This document shows positions 9,844 through 18,787 of a stretch of DNA of 64,000 nucleotides, in pieces (within the stretch, counting starts at the first letter, position 1; every line of letters begins with the position of its first letter). This stretch comes from an uncultured Ignavibacteria bacterium. GTDB taxonomy: Bacteria > Bacteroidota > Ignavibacteria > Ch128b. The stretch is from assembly GCA_937944105.1 (NCBI GenBank), contig CALDZP010000007.1, positions 69,423 to 133,422 of the forward strand, written 5' to 3'. A program made the translations under genes and the position numbers. Below the pieces are notes generated by a model. That model made no database searches, was not told the DNA's origin, and was given only the letters and a program-made list of their open reading frames with translations.

Positions 9844-10333
9844 TATTTATTTCTGACTTCAGTACAATTAAAATAGTATTTTTTTCAACCACAATACCTG
9901 GAACGACTTTTACCGATTCAACAGTTCCATTATATGGTGATTTAATCTCATTTTCCATTTTCATTGCTTCTAATGTCAAAAGGCCATCGCCTTTTTTTAC
10001 AATATCACCTTGATTTACTTTTATTTTTGAAATTAACCCTGGCATTGGAGATTTAATGACATACTCTTTTTGAGAATTTAAATTTGAATTTGTTGAATTA
10101 TCATATACAGCTTTTATGAGCTCAATAAAAAAAATTTCACCTTTATGATAAATAATAAAATTTCCAGATTCATCTCTATCTAATGCTATTTCAAACACCT
10201 TACCATCTTTATTACAAATGAAATAATTCTGTGATAAAGAATACATTTCATATTTAGAAATTAAATTTTTTATTTCTTCATATTTAAGTTGCGTTTTGAA
10301 ATTACAATTTTTGAAATCGATTTTAGTGATCAT
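9836..10333 (-). CDS. biotin/lipoyl-attachment (biotin carboxyl carrier) protein
   Basis: C-terminal biotinyl domain with the EAMKM motif (GDGLLTLEAMKMENEIKSP). The N-terminal ~90 aa is unlike the canonical AccB linker. Confidence 0.8.
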   Translation of the reverse strand: MITKIDFKNCNFKTQLKYEEIKNLISKYEMYSLSQNYFICNKDGKVFEIALDRDESGNFIIYHKGEIFFIELIKAVYDNSTNSNLNSQKEYVIKSPMPGLISKIKVNQGDIVKKGDGLLTLEAMKMENEIKSPYNGTVESVKVVPGIVVEKNTILIVLKSEINNE

Positions 10334-11819
10334 TTCTAAATCGCCGTTCTATCCACTTACTTTTTATTTTTTCGGAGTTTCTAATTCCATCTCTAGAATT
10401 TTCTTTTGGTAAAATAACTAAAATTTCGGACAGTTCTTTCAGATGTAGATTTTCTTCTTCACTCATGTAATGTTCTTCAATTAGGTTCTGTAATCTGTTA
10501 ATATATTGAGTATCAAATCGATTTTCCTTAAAATCCTCATGCTTAAGTAAAATAAGATTAAAGGGAATATTAGTGACAACTCCTGATATTATTATTTCTT
10601 TAAGTGCATTGATCAATCTTATACGAGCTTCTTCTCTATTTCTTCCCCAGGCAATAAGTTTAGCCAAAATTGGATCGTAATAAATTGGAACTTCGGAATA
10701 CCTGTCAATACCTGATTCAAAACGAATACCAAATCCGCCAGGTTGTCTGAATTCTTTAATTTTTCCATAAGAAGGAATAAAATTTTCAAAAGGATTTTCA
10801 GCATAAATTCTTGCTTCAATTGCATGACCAAAAATTTTTACATCATTTTGGTCAAAACTTATTTTTTCGCCAGAAGCAATTTTTATTTGCTCTTTAACAA
10901 TATCAATTCCTGTTATCATTTCTGTCACAGGATGTTCAACTTGAACTCTTGTATTCATTTCAAGAAAGTAAAAATCATTACCATCAAATAGAAATTCAAC
11001 TGTTCCAGCATTATAATAATTACATGCTTTAGCAGCATTTATTGCTGCATTTAATAATTTTTCTCTTTGTTTATCATTAATTGAAATCGAAGGAGCTTCT
11101 TCAATAATTTTCTGATATCTTCTTTGAAGTGAACATTCACGCTCAAAAAGATGTCGGTAATTACCCGATTCATCTGCAATTATCTGAACTTCAATGTGTT
11201 TGGGATTGGAAATAAATTTTTCAATAAAAACAGACTTATCTTTAAATGATTTTTCTGCTTCGCTTTGAGCTAATTCAAAATTTTTAATCAATTCATCTTT
11301 TGAGTTAACGATTCTCATTCCTTTGCCACCACCTCCAGCAGCAGCCTTGATCAAAACTGGAAATCCAATCATCTCTGCGAATTCAACTAAAGCATTTTGA
11401 TCTGAAATTGGTTCTGTACTTCCCGGGACAACAGGCACATTATGTTTAATCATTAATTTACGGGCTGCAACTTTATTACCCATCAAACGCACAGATTTTT
11501 CTGAGGGTCCAATAAATTTCAATCCTGAATCATTTACAAATTTTATGAAATCTGGATTTTCTGATAAAAAACCATAACCTGGATGAATTGCCTCACATTT
11601 AGTTTTTTTTGCAGCATCAATAATTTTCTCAAAATTTAAATATGTCTCAGTAGCCGTGTTTCCTTTTAATGGTATTGCCTCATCAGCTAATCTTGTATGA
11701 AGTGACTTAGCATCAATATCCGAATAAATTGCAACGGATTTAATTCCAAGTTCTTTACAAGCTCGAATTATTCTGACAGCGATTTCTCCACGATTTGCAA
11801 TTAAAATTTTTTTAAACAT
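10323..11819 (-). CDS. accC: biotin carboxylase (acetyl-CoA carboxylase biotin carboxylase subunit-like)
   Basis: MFKKILIANRGEIAVRIIRACKELGI, an ATP-grasp domain, and HIEVQI...EMNTRVQVEHPVTE. Confidence 0.92.
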   Translation of the reverse strand: MFKKILIANRGEIAVRIIRACKELGIKSVAIYSDIDAKSLHTRLADEAIPLKGNTATETYLNFEKIIDAAKKTKCEAIHPGYGFLSENPDFIKFVNDSGLKFIGPSEKSVRLMGNKVAARKLMIKHNVPVVPGSTEPISDQNALVEFAEMIGFPVLIKAAAGGGGKGMRIVNSKDELIKNFELAQSEAEKSFKDKSVFIEKFISNPKHIEVQIIADESGNYRHLFERECSLQRRYQKIIEEAPSISINDKQREKLLNAAINAAKACNYYNAGTVEFLFDGNDFYFLEMNTRVQVEHPVTEMITGIDIVKEQIKIASGEKISFDQNDVKIFGHAIEARIYAENPFENFIPSYGKIKEFRQPGGFGIRFESGIDRYSEVPIYYDPILAKLIAWGRNREEARIRLINALKEIIISGVVTNIPFNLILLKHEDFKENRFDTQYINRLQNLIEEHYMSEEENLHLKELSEILVILPKENSRDGIRNSEKIKSKWIERRFRNDH

Positions 11820-11822
11820 TTT

Positions 11823-14207
11823 TCAATCTTTGAGTTTAACAATTGTTACTCCCTCTCCACCCTGATCTACGGGTGCAAATTTAAATGAATCCACGAAAGG
11901 ATGACTTTGTAAAATTTTATGTGTGATGTTTTTCAAGATGCCGTCGCCTTTACCATGCAGAATCTCAATATCAAATAATCCATACAATACAGCATCATCA
12001 ATATATCGAAGGATCATTTCTTCAGCTTCGTTTGCTCTTTTCCCACGAATATCAAGTCTGAAAGGAATTATTTTAGTTTCATTAGAACGATAAATTTTTG
12101 AAGATGATGTTAGAGTATCTAAATTGTCGTCCCTTTTTTCCATTTGCAATTTGGTAATCTTCGAAAGTGTGACTGTTACCTTAAATTGTTCTATTTGAAC
12201 AACAGCTTGATTTTTTTTCTTATCGATTGCAATAACTTTTCCAGTTGAATCTTGTCCTTCCAATTTTACCAAATCACCAATTTGTATTTCATTTTTCATT
12301 AACTCAGGTTCTTTCACCGTTAATGAAATTAATTTTTCAAGTTTTTGTTTTTCTTCATTAAGTTTTTGTTTAACTAAACGAATTGTGCTTGAATCTGCTC
12401 TGGATTCCCTTAATTCTTTAATTGTATTTTCGACGATTTTATTAGCGGTAATTAATATTTGTTCAGCTTCAAGAATAGCTTTTCTTTTTATTTCTTTAGT
12501 TTCATTTTTAATTTTTGAAAGTTTTTCTTGAAGTTCTTTTTTAAGTTTTTCAATTTCATCTTTTTCTTTTTTCAAATTATTTATTATTTGAGAATAATAC
12601 TGGATTTTTTGCTGAAGTTGAGAAATATAATTTTCAATTTGAACATCGCTTCTTTTTAAGTATTTTTTAGCATTTTCAATTATTTCTGGATTCAACTTCA
12701 TCCGCCGAGCAATTTCAAAAGTATAACTTGAACCAGGAATACCTTGAATAAATTTGTAAGTTGGTTCGAGTGTATCCTGATTGAATTCCATAGAAGCGTT
12801 CATTAGTTTGGAATGATTTGCTGCAAAAAATTTCAAGAAAGAATGATGAGTTGTAATAACAACAAAAGAATTTTTGTTTATAATTTTATCAATTATTGAT
12901 GCTGCAAGTGCAGCTCCCTGTACTGGATCGGTTCCAGTCCCAAGTTCATCCAGTAAAATCAATGAATATTCATCACAATTCTCTAAAATATTTTTCAAAT
13001 TTTTAATATGTGATCCAAAGGTGCTAATATCATTATCAATTGATTGATCATCGCCAATATCGATAAAAACTTTCTTAAAAAAAGGCATTTTAGAATCAGG
13101 ATTTAAACTGAGCAAATAACCCATACGAGAAAGGATGCTTAATATACCGATTGTCTTCATCAAGACGGTTTTACCGCCTGCATTTGGTCCAGAAATAATG
13201 ATTCCTCTTATATCTTTATCGATTTTCAAATTAAATGGTATTGTATTAAGGAAACCAATCGACTGAATTAGAATAGGATGACGAACATCAATTAATTCAA
13301 AGCTCTCATCATCTGAAAAATTAATTTTATTACCTCTAATTTCAATTGAATATTTAGCTTTAGCATAATGTGCATCAAACTTTGATAATATCTCTAAATT
13401 ATTGAGAAGTTCGTTGGAAAATTTGGAAATATCTTTTGTTAAAAGACTTAAAATTCTGTTTATCTCTTTTTTTTCTTCAAAGATCAATGAAAGTAATTCA
13501 TTATTCAATTCAAGAGTTTCTGCTGGTTCGATATATGTAGTTTGACCGGATGCAGATTCAGCATGAATAAAACCCTTTACTTTTCGTTTAAATTCACTTC
13601 TAACTGGAATAACCATTCGACCATCACGTAAAGTAATCAACTCTTCCTGTACAATTCCATCTTCACTAAGATATTTTAAAATTCGCTCATTGATTTTCTG
13701 AATCTGAAATTGAAGTTTTTTTATCTCCTCCCTTATCTTTTTTAAATCCTCACTCGCAGAATCTTTAAATTCTCCGTAATCATCAAAAACTTCATTTATC
13801 TTTTTTTCTAGAAATACATTCTCTTTGAATTCATTTACTAAATTCCAGATTTCATTGAATTTGCTTTTATAAGAATTAAAAGTTTGTTTAATTAATCTTG
13901 AATTGAAAAGGAGTTTTCCAATTTCAATAATTTCTTTTGCATTTAAAACAAAATTTTCTATACGTGATTTGTAAATTGAATCACGAACATCTGGAATATA
14001 TATATAAGAGATTTCCCCTATCTCTTCAAGAAATCGTTTCAAAGAAAAAGTAAGATTTAATGAATTTATAGATTCATTGATATCTTCAGTGGGTCTTTCA
14101 GTTAAAATTAAATTTTTCCCCAATTCAGTAATTGCATAAGCAGCGGCGCGACTAATTATTTTTCTTAAATCAAGCTTATCGAAAATCTCGTCCATTCCCC
14201 TTTTCAA
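11823..14207 (-). CDS. mutS2: endonuclease MutS2
   Basis: Walker A GPNAGGKT with a MutS ATPase core, long coiled-coil region and a C-terminal Smr domain (LDIRGKRANEA...LHGKGDGIL). Confidence 0.92.
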   Translation of the reverse strand: MKRGMDEIFDKLDLRKIISRAAAYAITELGKNLILTERPTEDINESINSLNLTFSLKRFLEEIGEISYIYIPDVRDSIYKSRIENFVLNAKEIIEIGKLLFNSRLIKQTFNSYKSKFNEIWNLVNEFKENVFLEKKINEVFDDYGEFKDSASEDLKKIREEIKKLQFQIQKINERILKYLSEDGIVQEELITLRDGRMVIPVRSEFKRKVKGFIHAESASGQTTYIEPAETLELNNELLSLIFEEKKEINRILSLLTKDISKFSNELLNNLEILSKFDAHYAKAKYSIEIRGNKINFSDDESFELIDVRHPILIQSIGFLNTIPFNLKIDKDIRGIIISGPNAGGKTVLMKTIGILSILSRMGYLLSLNPDSKMPFFKKVFIDIGDDQSIDNDISTFGSHIKNLKNILENCDEYSLILLDELGTGTDPVQGAALAASIIDKIINKNSFVVITTHHSFLKFFAANHSKLMNASMEFNQDTLEPTYKFIQGIPGSSYTFEIARRMKLNPEIIENAKKYLKRSDVQIENYISQLQQKIQYYSQIINNLKKEKDEIEKLKKELQEKLSKIKNETKEIKRKAILEAEQILITANKIVENTIKELRESRADSSTIRLVKQKLNEEKQKLEKLISLTVKEPELMKNEIQIGDLVKLEGQDSTGKVIAIDKKKNQAVVQIEQFKVTVTLSKITKLQMEKRDDNLDTLTSSSKIYRSNETKIIPFRLDIRGKRANEAEEMILRYIDDAVLYGLFDIEILHGKGDGILKNITHKILQSHPFVDSFKFAPVDQGGEGVTIVKLKD

Positions 14208-14724
14208 TTTTAACTTTTACATCTTCAATAAAATTTAAAAAAATATTCGCTTCAGGATAAATTGATTGAACAAACTCAAAAGCTCTGGGCACCAATTTGT
14301 ATGTGAAATCATAATATTTTAAATGAGTCCTGATATTCTTATTTGGAATATTAAACAAACTCAAAAAAATTAACAAAAAACTCAAGAAAAGACCTACTTG
14401 TATTATTCCCAAACCGCCACCAAGGAATCGATCAATGAAACCAATTATGGATTTTCTCGGTCTGATAATATGAATGATAATTTTCGTAGAGATAAAAATT
14501 ACTAAGAAAATTAATATAAAACTTAAAACTACCGCAATTGAAGGTTCCATGTTAAAATTTGTAATAAAAAAGGATCTAAGTCTTGGAGAAAAAATTAAAG
14601 CTCCAAGAATCGCTAAAATAAATCCGACAAAAGAAAAAATTTTTTTGATAAAGCCATCTTTGAATCCAAGTAAAAATCCAATAATAATTATGCCAAGGAT
14701 AAGATAGTCAATTATTTGAGACAT
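14176..14724 (-). CDS. cvpA: CvpA-family colicin V production membrane protein
   Basis: N-terminus IDYLILGIIIIGFLLGFKDGFIKK with four TM segments, typical CvpA architecture. Confidence 0.8.
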   Translation of the reverse strand: MSQIIDYLILGIIIIGFLLGFKDGFIKKIFSFVGFILAILGALIFSPRLRSFFITNFNMEPSIAVVLSFILIFLVIFISTKIIIHIIRPRKSIIGFIDRFLGGGLGIIQVGLFLSFLLIFLSLFNIPNKNIRTHLKYYDFTYKLVPRAFEFVQSIYPEANIFLNFIEDVKVKIEKGNGRDFR

Positions 14725-15169
14725 TTGTTTCTAATTTAGATTTAAGTATCGTTTGTACAATTTTTCCGTCGGCACGACCTTTAAATTCTTTCATGGCAAT
14801 ACCCATCACTTTGCCAAAATCTTTAGGTTCTTTTGCCCCTACCTGTTTTATTATTTCATCAAGTTTTTTTGATATTTCTTCTTCGGTTAATTGTTGCGGT
14901 AAAAATGATATGAGAATTTCAAGTTCTTTTTTTTCTTTCTCAGCCAAATCTAGACGATTTGCCTTTTCAAAGATTTCAATTGATTCTTTTCTCTTCTTCA
15001 CTAAAGAATTGATAATTTTTATCTCTTCTTCTTCGGTTAATTCTTTTCCTGAACCACTTTTATCAAACTCAATGAAAGCAGCACGAATTGATCTAAGAGT
15101 TTCAAGTGTTATTTTATCACCGGACTTCATTGCTTCTTTCAATAATTCATTGATCTTTTCTTTTAGCAT
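14708..15169 (-). CDS. GatB/YqeY-domain protein
   Basis: MLKEKINELLKEAMKSGDKITLETLRSIRAAF matches the YqeY family N-terminus. Confidence 0.85.
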   Translation of the reverse strand: MLKEKINELLKEAMKSGDKITLETLRSIRAAFIEFDKSGSGKELTEEEEIKIINSLVKKRKESIEIFEKANRLDLAEKEKKELEILISFLPQQLTEEEISKKLDEIIKQVGAKEPKDFGKVMGIAMKEFKGRADGKIVQTILKSKLETNVSNN

Positions 15170-15190
15170 ATTTACTCCTTTTATTTAAAC

Positions 15191-15215
15191 AAAAAAGGCA
15201 GGACTAAATCCTGCC
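15191..15215 (-). terminator. Rho-independent terminator after exbD
   Basis: Minus-strand hairpin GGCAGGA-tttag-TCCTGCC followed by TTTTTTG. It lies 23 bp downstream of the exbD stop. Confidence 0.7.
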
Positions 15216-15237
15216 TGAATTATTCAAATATAAAAAA

Positions 15238-15654
15238 TTACCCTGCCTTCTGTAATGAAGAATAGTTAATTCTTAAACAATATGCTTTTCTTAATTCTTG
15301 TTGAATATCTGTAACAAGACCCATCTTAGTATTTTTATCAATTCGAAGTGAGACAATTATGCTTGGCAGGTCAGTCCTTTTAGCATACATAATTTTTTGA
15401 ATTTGATCAATTTTAACAATGTTATCATCAATCTGAATTCTACCATCTTTACCAACCCAGATATAAGAGATCACTCTTTTATTTTCAATTTTTTCAATAG
15501 CTTTTGCTTCAGGAAGATTGAACACCACTTTTACGTCATGTTCTCTGAGAGTAGTGGTAACCATAAAGAACAGAAGCAACATAAAAACTATATCTGGCAT
15601 TGATGTAGTTGGTATACCTTGTTTAGCTCTTGCTAATTTTTTTTGAAATTTCAT
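15238..15654 (-). CDS. exbD: biopolymer transport protein ExbD/TolR
   Basis: N-terminus PDIVFMLLLFFMVTTT is the ExbD/TolR TM signature. Confidence 0.88.
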   Translation of the reverse strand: MKFQKKLARAKQGIPTTSMPDIVFMLLLFFMVTTTLREHDVKVVFNLPEAKAIEKIENKRVISYIWVGKDGRIQIDDNIVKIDQIQKIMYAKRTDLPSIIVSLRIDKNTKMGLVTDIQQELRKAYCLRINYSSLQKAG

Positions 15655-15672
15655 AATTATTTAACCTTTGAA

Positions 15673-16212
15673 CTATTTTTTTACCACTTCAGGTTCAGCT
15701 ATAGAGATAATGATAGGAATCTTTTCCTTGATTTCATTCATCTGTTCTTCATTTAAATCAATTACCCGTTTTCCCCATTTACTTTGAGCATATTCTTCTC
15801 GAACTTCAAAATAGGCTTCTTTAACTTGATCAAGCACTTGAATATAGCGGTTATAACTTGTATTGGCATCAGTTTTAACAGACACAATCAATTTCTTATT
15901 TGCAGGGAGCTCAATTTTTTCTACAATTCTTGGTTTTATTTTGGGAAGAACTTGTTGAAGACCAACAACTTCGTTATCAAGTAAAATATCCCCCGCCTCA
16001 TTTATAAGCAAATTAGCGATTCTTTCTTTTGAAACTTCAACTTTAACTTGCTCTTCAGGCGGTACATACTCAGGCAATGTTAATCCAATACCAGTATCAA
16101 CGTCAATCGTAGTTGATACAAGGAAAAATAAAAGTAACAAAAACGCTAAATCAGCCTGAGATGCAGTAGGAATTTCAGCTTCTCTAATTTTTTTCTTTCT
16201 AATTTGAGGCAT
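15673..16212 (-). CDS. exbD: biopolymer transport protein ExbD/TolR (second paralogue)
   Basis: ADLAFLLLLFFLVSTT signature. It is a tandem paralogue of the downstream exbD. Confidence 0.88.
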   Translation of the reverse strand: MPQIRKKKIREAEIPTASQADLAFLLLLFFLVSTTIDVDTGIGLTLPEYVPPEEQVKVEVSKERIANLLINEAGDILLDNEVVGLQQVLPKIKPRIVEKIELPANKKLIVSVKTDANTSYNRYIQVLDQVKEAYFEVREEYAQSKWGKRVIDLNEEQMNEIKEKIPIIISIAEPEVVKK

Positions 16213-16233
16213 TATTTACATCCTCTCTAGAGA

Positions 16234-16926
16234 TTATTTCTGGTTTTTCTTAAGTGTAACAAGAGCATCAATTAATTCAACTGAGCTTTCTTCCATATCC
16301 ACAACAATTTTATCAATTCTTGAAACAAAATAGTTATAGAATACCTGAAGAATCATTGCAACAATAAGACCAAAAAGAGTTGTTAACAATGCAACTGCAA
16401 TACCACCAGCAACAATACTTGGTGAAATTTGATTAGCTTCTTTAATAGCATCAAAAGCTTGAATCATACCCTGAACAGTTCCAGTAAATCCTAACATTGG
16501 TGCAAGGGTAATAAATGTTGAAATCCATATTAATCCTCTTTCAAGAAATGACATTTCAATTGCACCATAAGCGATGATTGCTTTTTCAGCAGCTTCAATT
16601 CCTTCATCAACTCTTAAAAGTCCTGCATGAAATACACTTGCAACAGGGCCACGAGTATTTGCACATAATTCTTTTGCTTTTTCTACTCCACCTTCTTCAA
16701 GAGCTTTTTTGACATCAAGAAGAAATTTCTTTGTATTAACATTAGCTCTTGTTAAAGTCCAGAATCTTTCAATTGAAAAAGCAAGACCAATTATAAGACT
16801 CGCTAATATTGGATGCATGAAGAAGCCACCAGCATTATATTTTTCTTGTAATAAATTTAATATACCTGCATCTTGTGCTTGAGCAATTAAAGCATTAATA
16901 AGACCAAATGTTGAGGATAATTCCAT
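16234..16926 (-). CDS. exbB: MotA/TolQ/ExbB proton-channel protein
   Basis: Three TM helices with the conserved TolQ/ExbB C-terminal region (LGFTGTVQGMIQAF). Preceded by a strong SD, GGAGGTAAATTAACAATG. Confidence 0.88.
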   Translation of the reverse strand: MELSSTFGLINALIAQAQDAGILNLLQEKYNAGGFFMHPILASLIIGLAFSIERFWTLTRANVNTKKFLLDVKKALEEGGVEKAKELCANTRGPVASVFHAGLLRVDEGIEAAEKAIIAYGAIEMSFLERGLIWISTFITLAPMLGFTGTVQGMIQAFDAIKEANQISPSIVAGGIAVALLTTLFGLIVAMILQVFYNYFVSRIDKIVVDMEESSVELIDALVTLKKNQK

Positions 16927-17047
16927 TGTTAATTTACCTCCAGAATTTTTTGATTTATTAAGTTATTAGTTTTCATTCTATTTAAAAATCGATACAATTT
17001 TAAGATTTTGATTAGCTAAAGTCAATTAAAATTATCATATACTTTTT

Positions 17048-17740
17048 TCAAAATTTATCATTAGTTGTAATGATATTTCCATTAAAATTTTGAAAGTTAT
17101 CAAAAATTGAACCAATCATCTTTGCGATTTGCTCAGGTGTAGTAAAATTTTTAATGTCTTCTTCTTTCACCCATTTTTTGTTTTCATTTGTCATAATTAA
17201 GTAAGGAGCTATTGCATTAGCAGTGAAATTAAAATTTTGTGCTTCCTTTTCTATTACTTTTACAAGAAAATTTAAGGCATTTTTAGAAATGGCATAAGTT
17301 GATCTTTGAGAATTATAATCAAGACTTAATTTAGCTGAAATAAAAATGATTGAACCTCCAGAAATGTCTTTCGCTCTTAAAAGAATATATTTTGAAACAA
17401 GAAAAGATGTAATTAAATTTTTTTCTATCATTTTCTGTAAATCTTGAACGGTAAATTCCCACAAAAATTTTCCCCCTTGATACCCACCAACTAAATGAAT
17501 TATAAAAATATAATCTTCTTTTGATGTCTTAATAATTTGAAAAAGTTCATCAACAGAATTTTCGTTGGTAAAATCAACATCTGTAAATAATTGAAATTTT
17601 TTGTCATCAAAAAGTTTAGTATCAAATTTATCTTTTTTACCGACCAAATAAACTTTATCATATGGTTCAAAATCGAAAAACTGAATCAGTTCTCTACCAA
17701 GGTTACCCGATGCGCCTGTAATGATTAAATGTTTCATCAT
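17048..17740 (-). CDS. SDR-family NAD(P)-dependent oxidoreductase
   Basis: The TGASGNLG Rossmann motif and a YxxxK catalytic motif (YAISK). Confidence 0.8.
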   Translation of the reverse strand: MMKHLIITGASGNLGRELIQFFDFEPYDKVYLVGKKDKFDTKLFDDKKFQLFTDVDFTNENSVDELFQIIKTSKEDYIFIIHLVGGYQGGKFLWEFTVQDLQKMIEKNLITSFLVSKYILLRAKDISGGSIIFISAKLSLDYNSQRSTYAISKNALNFLVKVIEKEAQNFNFTANAIAPYLIMTNENKKWVKEEDIKNFTTPEQIAKMIGSIFDNFQNFNGNIITTNDKF

Positions 17741-18771
17741 TTTTTCAAATTTTTATCATAATAAATAAAAGTTGCACCCACAGGGAAATGATCGCTGTAA
17801 CCTCCTAAATATCTACCAGAACCAAAAGTTGGGTAAGGAGCTCCTTTGTACCTACCTGATCTTGTTGTGTTTAATTCATTACTAATAACTTCAAAAGAAT
17901 CACATTTGTAATCCAATTTTTTATTATCCAGCAAACCTTTTGATATGATAATTTGATCAAGCATATTAAATTTTCCTTGATGAAAATATGAACCAATGCC
18001 CTGAGAATATTTTTTATAAGCTGTATTATATAGATTCGATGTATATTCTGGTGTTAAATTTTCACACTCAAATGGAATTGCCATTAAAGTCATTAAAATC
18101 GATTTGTTATCAGGCATATCATTGAAATCACCAACTATAATAATATTAGCAGCTTTATCAAACCTTAATAACGAATCGACTTTTGTTCTTAAAACACTTG
18201 CAACTTTTAATCTTCGTGGTTCGGATTCTAATTCTCCACCTCTTCTTGAAGGCCAGTGGTTAACAAAAATATTAAGTATTTCATCCTTAAATTTTAATGT
18301 TGCAAACAATATATCTCTGGTATTTCCCTGAATGAAAACTTTAATCGGTTCTGAGTGAATGTGTTTAAATTTATTTTTTTTGTAAAATAAACCTACATCA
18401 ATTCCTCTAGGATCTTTTGAATCATAGTGAATAATTTCATACTCTAAATCTTTTAAAAATCTTTTACTTAACTCTTCAAGCACAAAACGATTTTCAACTT
18501 CACAAACACCTAATATATCTGGTCCATTACCATCATTCATTGCTCTAATAACCTTCGAAAGATTGCTAAGTTTTTTATCAAATTTTGTTTCATCCCACTG
18601 AGATTTAGCCGTTGGTAAATATTCATCATCACCGAAATTATCAGGGTCATCAATTGTATCGAATAAATTCTCCAAATTCCAGAAAGCAACATAAATTTGT
18701 GATTGTGCTTGACAAGAAGTTGTCGTTATCGATATTATTGTTAAGCAAATAATTATAATTCTATAAAACAT
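17737..18771 (-). CDS. endonuclease/exonuclease/phosphatase (EEP) family protein, secreted
   Basis: A signal peptide (MFYRIIIICLTIISITTTSCQA) is followed by an EEP fold (AFWNLENLF...GDFNDMPD...SDHFPV). The longer ORF reaching 18894 is probably an upstream over-extension. Confidence 0.75.
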   Translation of the reverse strand: MFYRIIIICLTIISITTTSCQAQSQIYVAFWNLENLFDTIDDPDNFGDDEYLPTAKSQWDETKFDKKLSNLSKVIRAMNDGNGPDILGVCEVENRFVLEELSKRFLKDLEYEIIHYDSKDPRGIDVGLFYKKNKFKHIHSEPIKVFIQGNTRDILFATLKFKDEILNIFVNHWPSRRGGELESEPRRLKVASVLRTKVDSLLRFDKAANIIIVGDFNDMPDNKSILMTLMAIPFECENLTPEYTSNLYNTAYKKYSQGIGSYFHQGKFNMLDQIIISKGLLDNKKLDYKCDSFEVISNELNTTRSGRYKGAPYPTFGSGRYLGGYSDHFPVGATFIYYDKNLKK

Positions 18772-18787
18772 TTTAATTACTCTTTTT

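Noticed and set aside
10619-10991. Small ORFs 10619..10831 (-) and 10743..10991 (+) inside accC
   Set aside because: Embedded in or antisense to the biotin carboxylase frame. AT-rich shadow ORFs.
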